Shown: in pieces, positions 11,755-21,522 of the stretch
How the letters are laid out: the number at the start of each line of letters is the position of its first letter
Numbering within the stretch: position 1 is the first letter of the stretch
From: Lophium mytilinum
Lineage: Eukaryota
Assembly (NCBI GenBank): GCA_010093605.1
Contig: MU004192.1
Coordinates: 1,062,882-1,126,881, forward strand
Length of the DNA: 64,000 nt
Direction: 5' to 3'
The notes under the pieces: model-generated
The model's database searches: none
The model's input: the letters and a program-made list of their open reading frames with translations, nothing else
What the model was told of the DNA's origin: nothing
Position numbers and translations under genes: made by a program

Positions 11755-13170
11755 TCAAGAGAGCAGCCCTCTTTCCTCCTCAGGGACGCTCTCCCTCCCC
11801 TGCCTCCGTGCCCTCCATTCTTCCACACTCTTCGTAGCACGGAATCCCAAATGCCATGCTAGCCCTACCAGAAAGCCAACGCCATCATTCCTGAAGGCGA
11901 GCAAAGCAGCAACAGTAACAAGTAGGACCATCCACCTCTCTCTCCTCTCCCTCTCATCCAATGACCTCACACCTTTCCCATCCCAAGTCTCTTCCCCATC
12001 CTCGTCTCCATGCATCAACCGCAAGTCGCGGGCATCGGTATTCAGGCTCTCGCCCACCTTCGCCAACTCCACACCAGCTGCTAGCACCATGATTCCGAGC
12101 AATGCCGCCGGGAAGCCCTTCAGGATGCTGACAACAGCTTCAGCCTTCCAGAGTGTTATTATCCCTAGTGCTACTTTGAGCAATCCGAGCGCAATAATGC
12201 TGGCCCCGCTTCGTGCCCCGAAGCGGTACTGTGCTGCTAGTCCTCCAGAGCCGTGACATGCAGGCATGGCGCCGAACCAGCAGCCTATCAGGTTTATTAA
12301 GGAGACGGACAGGCCAAGCGAGGTGACGGAGGGAGCAGTCGGGTACGGTGGCGACGGAAAGAGGTCGACTGCTAGAGCAGAAGCAGCGATTACGGAGTTA
12401 AGGAGAGTGAGGGGCAGCTGGCCAAGAGCAGCAGTGGTGGTGGCGTGCCAGAAGGTCGCGGCGGAGGGGTGGAGGATTGGAATGTCGGCGAACGGGTTTG
12501 ACGAAGAATTAGAATGGGGAGGAAGAGTACTAGAATGGTTTGGAGGAGAAGCAGACGGGGCATGGAAGCCTGCGAGAACAAGTCCTAGGACGAACACGGC
12601 GAGCGCGTAAGGCGCCCTCGGAAAAGGGAGGGTTGCTAGAAGCAGCACGACTGCTAGAAGCGCCCATAGCAGGTTATCTCCCCACCATGGCCCTGTCCAA
12701 CTCAGCGGACTGAGCAGAGACGATCCAGCGCTTAGACAGAGGGATAGCCCAGCTCCAACTTGTATTCCCTTGACCACAGGTATAGGTGTAACATTGCTGG
12801 CCCACCGAACCAGCCCCGTCACGCTCATCACCCCCACTAATGCCGCGACGACGATTCCCGAAGCTGCTGTTTCTTCCAGAGAGAAGCGCCGTGCTATGGC
12901 TACTGCCGCGACAGCTTTCATGGGCTGTACCGGTATGGGGATGCCAAATGCTACGCCGGAGTAGATATTCGCGGCGCCGGTAAAGAGGAGGGTCGAGGGG
13001 AGGGAGATGGAGCCGGTAAGCGTAAGGGCGATCATAAGAGGTAGAAGAGTGCCCAGGTCGCCCAGCGAGCCCGACAGCTCGGCGAGAGGTTGCGAGAGAA
13101 AGGTATGGAGGTTGTGGTACTGCACCGCGCGGAGGTGGGGGACGACGCGTTGGAGGGGTTTAGGTGCCAT
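11755..13170 (-). CDS. Molybdate transporter MOT1/MOT2 family (MFS_MOT1)
   Basis: ELSGSLGDLGTLLPL, PIPVQPMKAVAA, PVVKGIQVGAGL, GAMPACHGSGGLAAQYRFGARSG signature motifs; hydrophobic. Confidence 0.9.
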   Translation of the reverse strand: MAPKPLQRVVPHLRAVQYHNLHTFLSQPLAELSGSLGDLGTLLPLMIALTLTGSISLPSTLLFTGAANIYSGVAFGIPIPVQPMKAVAAVAIARRFSLEETAASGIVVAALVGVMSVTGLVRWASNVTPIPVVKGIQVGAGLSLCLSAGSSLLSPLSWTGPWWGDNLLWALLAVVLLLATLPFPRAPYALAVFVLGLVLAGFHAPSASPPNHSSTLPPHSNSSSNPFADIPILHPSAATFWHATTTAALGQLPLTLLNSVIAASALAVDLFPSPPYPTAPSVTSLGLSVSLINLIGCWFGAMPACHGSGGLAAQYRFGARSGASIIALGLLKVALGIITLWKAEAVVSILKGFPAALLGIMVLAAGVELAKVGESLNTDARDLRLMHGDEDGEETWDGKGVRSLDERERRERWMVLLVTVAALLAFRNDGVGFLVGLAWHLGFRATKSVEEWRARRQGRESVPEEERGLLS

Positions 13171-13815
13171 GACGAAGGCGCAAAGACAAATACTATAGAA
13201 ATGCTGTATGTTAGGGTATCTTAGGGACGCAAGCAGGCTGAAAATGCAGGAACGAGGACGGTAAGAAAGAGTGTCACGGCATGGTGTTGAAGGATGATGA
13301 TGCGTGGTGGTGTTCGGGACAGCCTTCACCGAGCCACGTGGGAGCTCTTATCTAATCTTTGCTGAGTCATTCCCAGCCCATTCACGTCTTCTTCCTCACG
13401 ACTTGACCTCATCATATCAATTAACAGATTATGTTTGTCCAAACTCAAAACATGTACAAAGGGTAGATATAGCTAGCTCCTCGTATGCGGAAGGGGTTCA
13501 TGCCGGAATTTGCTCCTGTTCTACACACTCCTTCGCAGAATTCATCATGTGACGCTCCTTCGCGTCTATGCCATCTGTCTGGACTTCAACACGATGCATC
13601 AGGTATTACTAGTCTAAATACACGGATATCAAGATATCAAGCTCCCAAGTGTACGCGCTATGATGCGGAGTATGTGGACAATAATCGCAGCCACAAAATG
13701 GTGAGGGACTATGAGTCTTTGTTTCGAGGTCTTTGTTTTCAAGTCTCTCATCTTCAAGTCTCTCTCCTCTGGTAGCCATAGATGCAACCTTCCTCGCCCT
13801 CAAAGAGCAAGCAAA

Positions 13816-15418
13816 ATGCTGTCCGACACCCGTCGCGCCGTGGCCGAGGCCGTGCAGGAGTCTGTAGATGAAGATATCGACCCCTTCGTCACCACAATTT
13901 TCGAGGCGATACACGACGAACTCAGTTCTCGACAGTTGGTAGCACAAACCGCAAGTCTTTCGCTGAAGCCCTAGAACTTTGTTTTAACGATCACCCGCCA
14001 TAGGACAATCAGAAACAGGCGCTCCGAGAAAAGAACCAGAAAATCACTGCCCAAGAGTTCGACATCACGGAACTCAACAGGACTCTTGCAGGTTTCCAAA
14101 CCGCAAATAAGGCCCTGCATAAAGATCTCGATGCAGCGAACGACCGGGAAAAGAAATGGAAGGACGGCAAAGTGCTTGCCGATGCAAAGGTCCAGGAGCT
14201 GAAGGCTCAGATAGAAGCGTTTCTCCACGGAGACGATACAAATGAGGCGGGCCAAAAAACTCTACAAAAACAAATCGTTGAGCTGAACACGAAGCTTCGA
14301 GAGCAGGAACAGTTTCTTCACGAGAAAACTCTCGAAAATGGCAGATTACAGGTGAACCTCGAAAAGGCTAGGGATACTTTGAACGAGACTGTGGGGTTGC
14401 AAGCAGAAGGAGGCGGCGGCGTCGTCGTCGTGGGCCCGGAGGCCGAACACCCTGCCGAGACAATTCAAGCCCACTTCCACGAGCTTAAAAACCTCGCCTT
14501 AAACCTCGTCAAAACGCACTATACAAATCGAAAAGCAAAGACTAGGGAGCGCTGGTATAACCTACTCGACGACAATGGGAAGGATCTCTTGGTAGTCGGT
14601 ATAATCGCAAGGATCATCCAAAGCTTCTGCTTCAAAGGAATCTATTTTGGGTTCGACGAAAATGTAGAAATGCAAATGAACGCTGTTTACAACAGCATAG
14701 ATGTCAAGAATGGTGGTAAGTAATAAGGATTTGAAGTTTCCGTAGTGCGTCAGCTAAATGGTTTACAGCTGCTAAAAGAGCGCGGAAAGACTGGTTTGCT
14801 GCAAGTTGTCAATTCAGTAGATACAGCGGCAAAGACGTCGCCAAGCGTCTAGATGCGAAAGCGATGCATCTAGCAAACACCCTCTACAAAAACGAAGAGC
14901 TCGCCGCGTTTCTCCCGAAGCCACAGAATAGCGGGAAGGACAAGAATACCAAAGATGGGACATCGGACCAGGAAGTGAAAAAGGCAATGAAGCCATTATG
15001 TAAGAAAGCTATGGAAGTCGCACGGCTACTCCACAGCAGCAGGACGGATTACACGTGGATATTCCCTCGGAGAGATCTACGTCTCGATCCCGCCCACATC
15101 GAAGTCGTGGGCTCCGTCAGCAATAACACGCAGCCATTTGCTGAGTGCGGTGACCACTTCGTTCTTGTATTTGGAGGCGTCTTCCACATGGTCGGTTCGC
15201 AGGAGCATTTGACGAAGTCCGAGGTGATTATCGGCCCGTTCCGTGCTCGTAAACATCCTCCTCCAGACTCTTCTCAGGGGAAAGAGCAAACTCTAGAAGA
15301 GCCAGAAACGGGAGCGAATCCAAGCCAAACAAAGGACCTTAACCGACGAGAATACCCAATACCAACAATACTACTACCTGTAGTCGGACCGATACCAGAC
15401 ATGAACGATGAACTGTAG
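13816..15418 (+). CDS. Hypothetical coiled-coil protein (exons 13816-13950, 14004-14715, 14769-15418; first intron GC-AG)
   Basis: Three ORF segments join in frame through GCAAGT..TAG and GTAAGT..CAG introns of 53 nt each; heptad-rich LQKQIVELNTKLREQEQFL region. Confidence 0.7.
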
Positions 15419-15460
15419 CTTGCTTCACAGTGACAGGCCTTAGATCTGGGCACACTGGTT

Positions 15461-15850
15461 CGCCACTGCGTAGGGAACCCCCGAGGATTTCGACGATCTG
15501 AAGGCGATGTCGAGTTTCAAGCAGTGTAGATCAGACTGCTTCGTGACTAATTGGCTGCGTAGTAGCCAGGCTACCCCTTGCAGTGGTGTCCAGTGAGCAG
15601 TACTTGGGTTGATCATTGATGAATCCGTGTACCGAGACCTTTAGTCTTGTGCTCTCGAGATAATGACCTTGAAACTTACCGCTTGTCGCCACTGCTTAGG
15701 GTACCCCGACAGGATTTCAAAGATATAAAGGCGATGTCAAGTTCCAAACAGTGTAGAATAGACTGCCTCTTGACCAATCAGCTGCTTAGCAACTAGAGTA
15801 CCCCCTACAGTGGTGTCAAGTGGGCAATATGGAAGCCAAGTAGTGATAGA
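15461..15850. repeat. Two imperfect direct repeats 227 bp apart, each with inverted arms
   Basis: cgccactgc(g/t)taggg...aaggcgatgtc(g/a)agtt...cagtgtaga..agactgc...taccccyt(g/a)cagtggtgtc at 15461 and 15688. Confidence 0.85.
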
Positions 15851-15936
15851 TCTGTGTGCTCAGGCATATAGCTTAGTACTGTACGTTGTGCAGGAGATGT
15901 AATTTCAGCATTTTGGAAGATTGAAAATGTAACCAA

Positions 15937-16260
15937 GGCACCTTAGATGTTATCAAGTAAGCGTACACGAACGAGAAAGTGTGCACTGTGTTGCCGCCGT
16001 CTGAAGCCCTTGGTATAGTTTCGGAAGCCGGAAAAAGATGCATATTTAAAGTTTTACAATATGTTTGGGGCCCCTCGGACGGTATTAAACAGAAGTAAGT
16101 AGATAAGAAGTTAAAGTCGATATCAACTAGGGATTCGAACGTATACAGTGTATTGCCGCCGTCTAAAGTCCCCTAGCATACTTTTAGAGACCTGAAGGAC
16201 ATACATCTCCAGTATTTTAAACAATGATCAGGGCACTTCAGACGGTATCAAACAGCAGCA
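15937..16260. repeat. Imperfect tandem units with inverted CCGTCTGAAG / CTTCAGACGG-type arms
   Basis: ttgccgccgtct(g/a)aag at about 15991 and 16153; ggcacttcagacggtatcaa-like motif at 15937, 16069 and 16232. Confidence 0.75.
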
Positions 16261-16315
16261 GAAACTGGACGAGTTAAGTCAACCTTAGCTAGGGGCTTGA
16301 AGACGTAAACTTGGT

Positions 16316-17530
16316 GCACCTCTTTAGTTGGCCCAGGGGTGTATTCACTCGATATGTAGGCTGGCAAAAGACGAGCAGCTACGTCTAGGTATAGAGCTTC
16401 TTTCCGATAATATAGTCATTTACTCCTAGCTTAACAGCGGTCTCATTTATGATGTCCGAAGCTTTACATCATGCAGAGCACTTCTTTAGTTGGCCCGGGG
16501 GTGTATTCACTTAGTGCGTAGGCTGTTAAAAGATATATAGCTACGTCTAGGTATAGAGATTCTTTTAGATAGTATAGTCTTTTACTCCCAGCTTAACAGC
16601 AATCCAATCTAGGACGTCTAAAGCTTTACATTATGCAGCGCATCCTCTCAGTTAGCCCAGGGGTGTATTCGTTCGATGTGTATGCTGGCAAAAGACGAGC
16701 AGCTACGTCTAGGTATAAAGCGTCTCACAGATCATGAAGGCATTCACTCCCAGCTTAACAGCGATCCAATTCAGAACGTGTAGAGCTTTACATCATGTAG
16801 CGCACCTCTTTAGTTGGGCCGGGGGTGTATTCGTTCGATGCGTAAGATGTCAAGAGACGAGCAGCTACGTCTAAATACAGAGCTTCATCCAGATGACATA
16901 GTTAGACAATATAGCCCGTCACTCTAACTCGATCATGTCCTAATTCACGGGCTTCAGACTTTGACATCACGAGGCCGGACTTCTTGATTATGTGAGGAGC
17001 GTCTTCACGCAACGCATAGGCTGTCAAAAGATGAGTATATGTATCTAAGTACAGAGCTTCGTTCAGATAATATAGTCAGCTGCTCCGATTGGACGATGTC
17101 CTAATCCAAGGACTATGGACTTTGACATCACGAGGTTGCACTTCCTAGTTATGCGAGGAGGGTCTTCATGCGATGCATGTGCTGTCAAAAGATGAGCAGC
17201 TATATCAAAAGCCAAAGCTTCATTCCAAAGGCACAGCCAGTCACCGCCGACTCGACGATGTCCTAATCTAAGGGCACTGGACTTTGACATCATAAGCTTG
17301 CACTTCCTAATTGCGTGAGGAGCGTCTTCACGCGATGTATAGGCTGTCAAAAGACAAGCAGCTATTTCTCAAGTCAAAGCTTTATTCGAATAGCATGGCC
17401 AATTACTCCCAACTAGTCAATGTCCCAATTCAAAGACTTCAGACTTTGACATCATGAGGTTCCACGTCTCAATCACGCAAGGAGCGTCTTCACGCGATAG
17501 GTATATGTTCAACGGAGAAGAAGCTCGATT
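16316..17530. repeat. ~162-bp tandem array, 8 units in two subtypes
   Basis: gcacctctttagttgg at 16316/16478/16640/16802; gactttgacatc at 16957/17118/17280/17442; shared caaaagacgagcagcta-like anchor at 16365, 16527, 16689, 16851, 17025, 17186, 17348 and (degenerate) 17510. Confidence 0.93.
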
Positions 17531-17772
17531 CCAGATCCAAAGCTATATACCGCACCATCCCCCTTCCCTCTCAACATCAGAACCAATATCGGTAGGTTCT
17601 GAAACGAGGCTAAATATGCTGGGGTATCTCATGCAGCGCCAAACCAATGCCAAAGAAAACAACAAACATGCTTGATCAGTATGCCAGAAGAAGAAGAAAA
17701 GGAAAAGGAAAGCAGAATCAGCCCCGGGAACCATTCCACCCGCCACCACCCCCCAGATCTCACCACCACCCC

Positions 17773-19101
17773 TTACTCCTTGCGCGCCTTCTTGGCAGCG
17801 CGACCCTTCCCCCCCGCCGCCGCCTTCCTCTTCGGGGCCGGCTTGGGGTCCGGGGCGCGCCACGCCTTCGGATCGTAGCGTTTTGCGAACGGGCGGAGGT
17901 ACCACTTGGCATGGCTGAGGATCTCCGACGCGGGAAACTCCGACTCCTTGGGAGGCTCCAGCCACCGACCCAATTCGGAGGCCTCCAGATCTTCTCTCGG
18001 AATCACGGGCGGTTTCGGGGCCAAAAGCCAAGCCTGCGCCTTGAAGGGCGCAGATCGGGCGTCTTCCAGAGCGGTTTGCGCCATGTCTTGCAGGAAGGGG
18101 GTGGCCCAGGGGGCGTTTGCGCGGTCGTGGGAGGTGGGGAGGGGTGGGAACGTCGCGGCGCGAGCCTTCAGATCGGCTTCTAGGCGCGCGTGCTCGGGGG
18201 TGCCTCGAGGGTCGACGTCGGGCACCGGGCCACGCAGGAACTCGTGCCAGCCGCCTGGGGGGGCCTTCGGTGGCAGCACTCGAGTCCCAACAGCACGACG
18301 AGGAGGGGCTGGTTTGGGGGTTGCTGCAGCGGGAGCAGAAACGCGGCTTCGAATCGAGCGTAGTGGTCGGTCGGTTTGGACGGGGGCGACAGTGGGTTGA
18401 GGTGCTACAGACGCCGGCGGAGCAGGGGCAGAGAGAGCAGGAAGAGGGTCGGATTTGGAGGCGTCTTTGGAGTGCTCGGACGGAACTATCGGAATCGGAG
18501 CAGGCGCGGGAGGTTCTTGGGCTTCGAGGATGGATGATGAGGGTGCTTCAGACAGTGGTGAAGAAGAGTCAGAAGACGCGGCAATCGGAGCGATTTCAGA
18601 GCCAGTTGCAAGTGCCAGAACCGGGAGGGCGGGAATCGGAGCAGTGGACGGGACGACAGCAGCGGGGGGAGCCGCCGTCTGAGGTCCTCCAGCCTGGGCA
18701 ACGGTCGGTCCATAGGCAGGGACAGCGACGTTGGATCCGGGAGTGCGGATGTAGGCGCCGTTTGCACGCGTGAAATGAACGTCGTTCTGGAGGGCGTTGG
18801 CCGTGAGTCCGAAATGGGCGCGGAAGGCGTTGACGTCTGTCAGGGCCTTGGAGCTGGCTTGGAGACCCCGCGACTGGCGAACCTGCACAGAGATATTGGC
18901 ACGCGGTCCACGTTCCGGGAATCGGCCTCCAATCTCAGGCCATGAGAGCTGGGTCGTCGATCGGAGGCGGAGGATCAGGTCGTCTTCCTCTACCGTGAAG
19001 GGTGCAGGGCCACTTGGAGGAGCCGAAACGATGATCAGGCCAGCCCGATTCGGATCGGTAACACGAGCGATGGCTTCGGCGACGCGTTTTGAGACCGACA
19101 T
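17773..19101 (-). CDS. Intronless protein with an N-terminal single Myb/SANT-like domain, Pro/Ala/Ser-rich linker and basic C-terminal NLS-like tail
   Basis: PFTVEEDDLILRLRSTTQLSWPEIGGRFPERG...SVQVR fits the Myb pattern (W/F)T.EED..L......W..I...(L/F)P.R....Q.R; ends PKRKAAAGGKGRAAKKARKE; 442 aa. Confidence 0.75.
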   Translation of the reverse strand: MSVSKRVAEAIARVTDPNRAGLIIVSAPPSGPAPFTVEEDDLILRLRSTTQLSWPEIGGRFPERGPRANISVQVRQSRGLQASSKALTDVNAFRAHFGLTANALQNDVHFTRANGAYIRTPGSNVAVPAYGPTVAQAGGPQTAAPPAAVVPSTAPIPALPVLALATGSEIAPIAASSDSSSPLSEAPSSSILEAQEPPAPAPIPIVPSEHSKDASKSDPLPALSAPAPPASVAPQPTVAPVQTDRPLRSIRSRVSAPAAATPKPAPPRRAVGTRVLPPKAPPGGWHEFLRGPVPDVDPRGTPEHARLEADLKARAATFPPLPTSHDRANAPWATPFLQDMAQTALEDARSAPFKAQAWLLAPKPPVIPREDLEASELGRWLEPPKESEFPASEILSHAKWYLRPFAKRYDPKAWRAPDPKPAPKRKAAAGGKGRAAKKARKE

Positions 19102-19558
19102 CTTGATCGTGAAGTCGAGGTGTCGTAGATTGCGCGGATGGAAAGATATACTTGCGGTACCGGTGGTGGATGCGAAGGACGTCTGGAAGTGATAGGAAAG
19201 AAGCAGAAATGTGTGAAGCTCGAGGAAATATGAGAAGTTCAGAGAAAGTCGAAAGATCGATAGACAAAAGAAGCTTCAGGACGTTGAAGGAAGAAGGAAG
19301 GAAATAGGAAAGTCGACGTGAGGTCGAGAAGATATACTCCAGGCCATCCTATTGTTCTGAAGAGTGTATTGAGAGACAATAGGCCGTTTGGAAGAATAGA
19401 AAGTGTATTGTGCTGGTGAGAGTGAAGTTGACAATACAATTAAAAGTGTATTGAGGCTATTGTTCTCGCGGTGCCACTTCGGATGTTCAACACCAAGGTG
19501 AAGTCGTTGAGAATGGGGCGCACGGCCCCAGGCACACAGGGTCGTGGCCCTTTTAATC

Positions 19559-20310
19559 GGGCCCGCTGAGGTCAACTTCGATTTTTCAATTGGACCCCAG
19601 CAGGCACAGAAAGTGGAGTGTAGAAGGGACGGAGGAGCTTGGCTGGGTGATCCTCTCTTATACTCCAGGAGGGCCCGTTTCATCCGGAGCAACTCGCGAG
19701 GATTGGGAGCAGGCGATGTACTTGTAGACCGCTACGCGGACCCGCTGAGGTCAATTTCGATTGATCAATTGGACCCCAGCAGGCCCGGAGTGTGAATTGA
19801 AGGAGCGAGGAAGGAGCAGTAGGGCCTCGCCCCCTTAAGTATTCCAGAGATCGTGTCAATCGTGGCCACGCGCGAGGCATGGGAGCAGGCGATGCACTTG
19901 GAGACCCTGCGCGGGCCCGCTGAGGTCAACTTTCGATTGTTCAACTGGACCCCAGCAGGCCCAAGGGTGGAGTGTAGTAGTGATGGAGGAGCTTGGTTGA
20001 TTGATCCTCTTTTATACTCCAGAACCCGTTTCATCCGGAGCAACGCGCGTGGATTGGGAGCAGGCGGTGCACTTGTGGACCCTGCGCGGGCCCGCTGAGG
20101 TCAACCTCGATTGATCAAATGGACCCCAGCAGGCCCGAAAGGTGGATTGTACAAGTGATGGAGGAGCTTGGTTGATTGATCCTCTTTTATACTCCAGAGC
20201 CCGTTTGATCCGGAGCGACGCGCTCAGACTCGCGCGTGCCCACTAAAGGCGACTTTGATAGATCCATCAGACCCTGGCAGGCCCGAAAAAGTAGAGTGTA
20301 GAAGGGACGG
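19559..20310. repeat. ~175-bp tandem array (4 units + 1 degenerate), each with a ~50-bp imperfect palindrome
   Basis: gg(g/a)cccgctgaggtc-N19/20-gaccccagcaggc(c/a)c at 19559, 19738, 19913 and 20088; degenerate copy at about 20236. Confidence 0.93.
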
Positions 20311-20318
20311 AAGAGGCC

Positions 20319-20600
20319 TTGCAGTTGAGCCTCTTGTATAAGCAGGCACCGATTCCTGCCTGCTCCGGAGCGATCAACGAGCTGCTTTGGAGCAGGCAGA
20401 AGGGATTGAGGAGACATTGCAGTTGAGCCTCTCATATAGGCAGTCCTCGATTCCTGCCTGCTCCGGAGCGATCAATGAGTTGCTTTGGAGCAGGCAGAAG
20501 GGATGGAGAAGACGTTGCAGTTGAGCCTCTCATATAAGCAGGCCTCAATTCCTGCCTGCTCCGGAGCGAGCAGCGAGCTCCTTTGGAGTAGGAAGTGGAG
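20319..20600. repeat. 98-bp tandem array (3 units) with 11-bp inverted arms
   Basis: ttgcagttgagcctc at 20319, 20417 and 20515; ctgcctgctcc-N22-ggagcaggcag in units 1 and 2. Confidence 0.93.
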
Positions 20601-21522
20601 CGTAGGATTGACGGAGTTCCAAAGACTATCCTTTTTATACATTAGCAGTCTATTGGTATTCGTAGCAGCGAGCGGAAATAGGGAGCGGCCGCTTCCTCTG
20701 ATTTGTGTACACCTACTTATCACTAGTCGAGGTCCTCCTGTCCATCGTTAAACCTGTAAAGCGACAGTTTTAGGAGGTGTAATATGTCCTCAGGCCACCG
20801 CAGACGGTGGTGAACTCTCGGACGTCTGTCTACGCTGTCACAAGGTACGGCGGTCTGTAAGAGCCGGTGCCGGAGACAATTTTATGCTTATATGCTTGAA
20901 ACCAGTCCAATCGGGGCAGACATGTGATTTCGTGCCTCATAATCCAAGATTTAGTGGCTGGGCGCGTGATTCATACCCGAGTTTTGAGCTGCCAATGATG
21001 GCGTAGGACCGTGACCACAAGGCTGAGGAAAAGATGAAAGAGGCAAGATAAAAGCAGTCTTTTCAACTACCTAACATACTTCGAGACCTACTCTATTCTA
21101 CATTTCGTCCTAAACGCAGTAGAGCTATTCTGACAACGTGAAGCAAATGACATCAACGCGTCTACGGCACACATAACACGAAAATACCTGGTGCTAGCAC
21201 TGGCCTAGAATCAAAAGGCTCGATGGCCCGTCCAGTGGCTGGGTCGATAGGGCCTTTTATATAGCAGGAGGCTGTCATAATGATAGGAGGGCAGGAATAA
21301 CAGAGTGAGGTTGTGACAAGGAGGGGCCAAAGCGGCGACAGCTTCCCCTTCATCTCTAGCGGCGGCTGCGGCACGCGAGGAGATCGATCCTCTTTCATCG
21401 CCCCTTATCTGTCACATGAGAGAGTCGGCCACGGTACTGCATTGCAAGGCCAGATAGCACGCGGGGTATGTACTTTCTTGAAGTATATGCGCTCCCATAC
21501 TTAATCAGGTCCGACAACTGCC

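Noticed and set aside
19559..20310. CRISPR-like array (palindromic repeats with intervening segments)
   Set aside because: The intervening segments are about 125 bp and homologous to each other rather than unique; no cas genes; eukaryotic context
19276..20751. Short ORFs within the upstream arrays (e.g. MLRMKR...EYKRGS)
   Set aside because: Translations of repeat units; unit lengths (175, 179, 98) are not multiples of three, so there is no coding constraint
20795..20810. Hairpin ccaccg-caga-cggtgg as a Helitron 3' end
   Set aside because: No CTRR terminus at the expected distance and no Rep/helicase remnant
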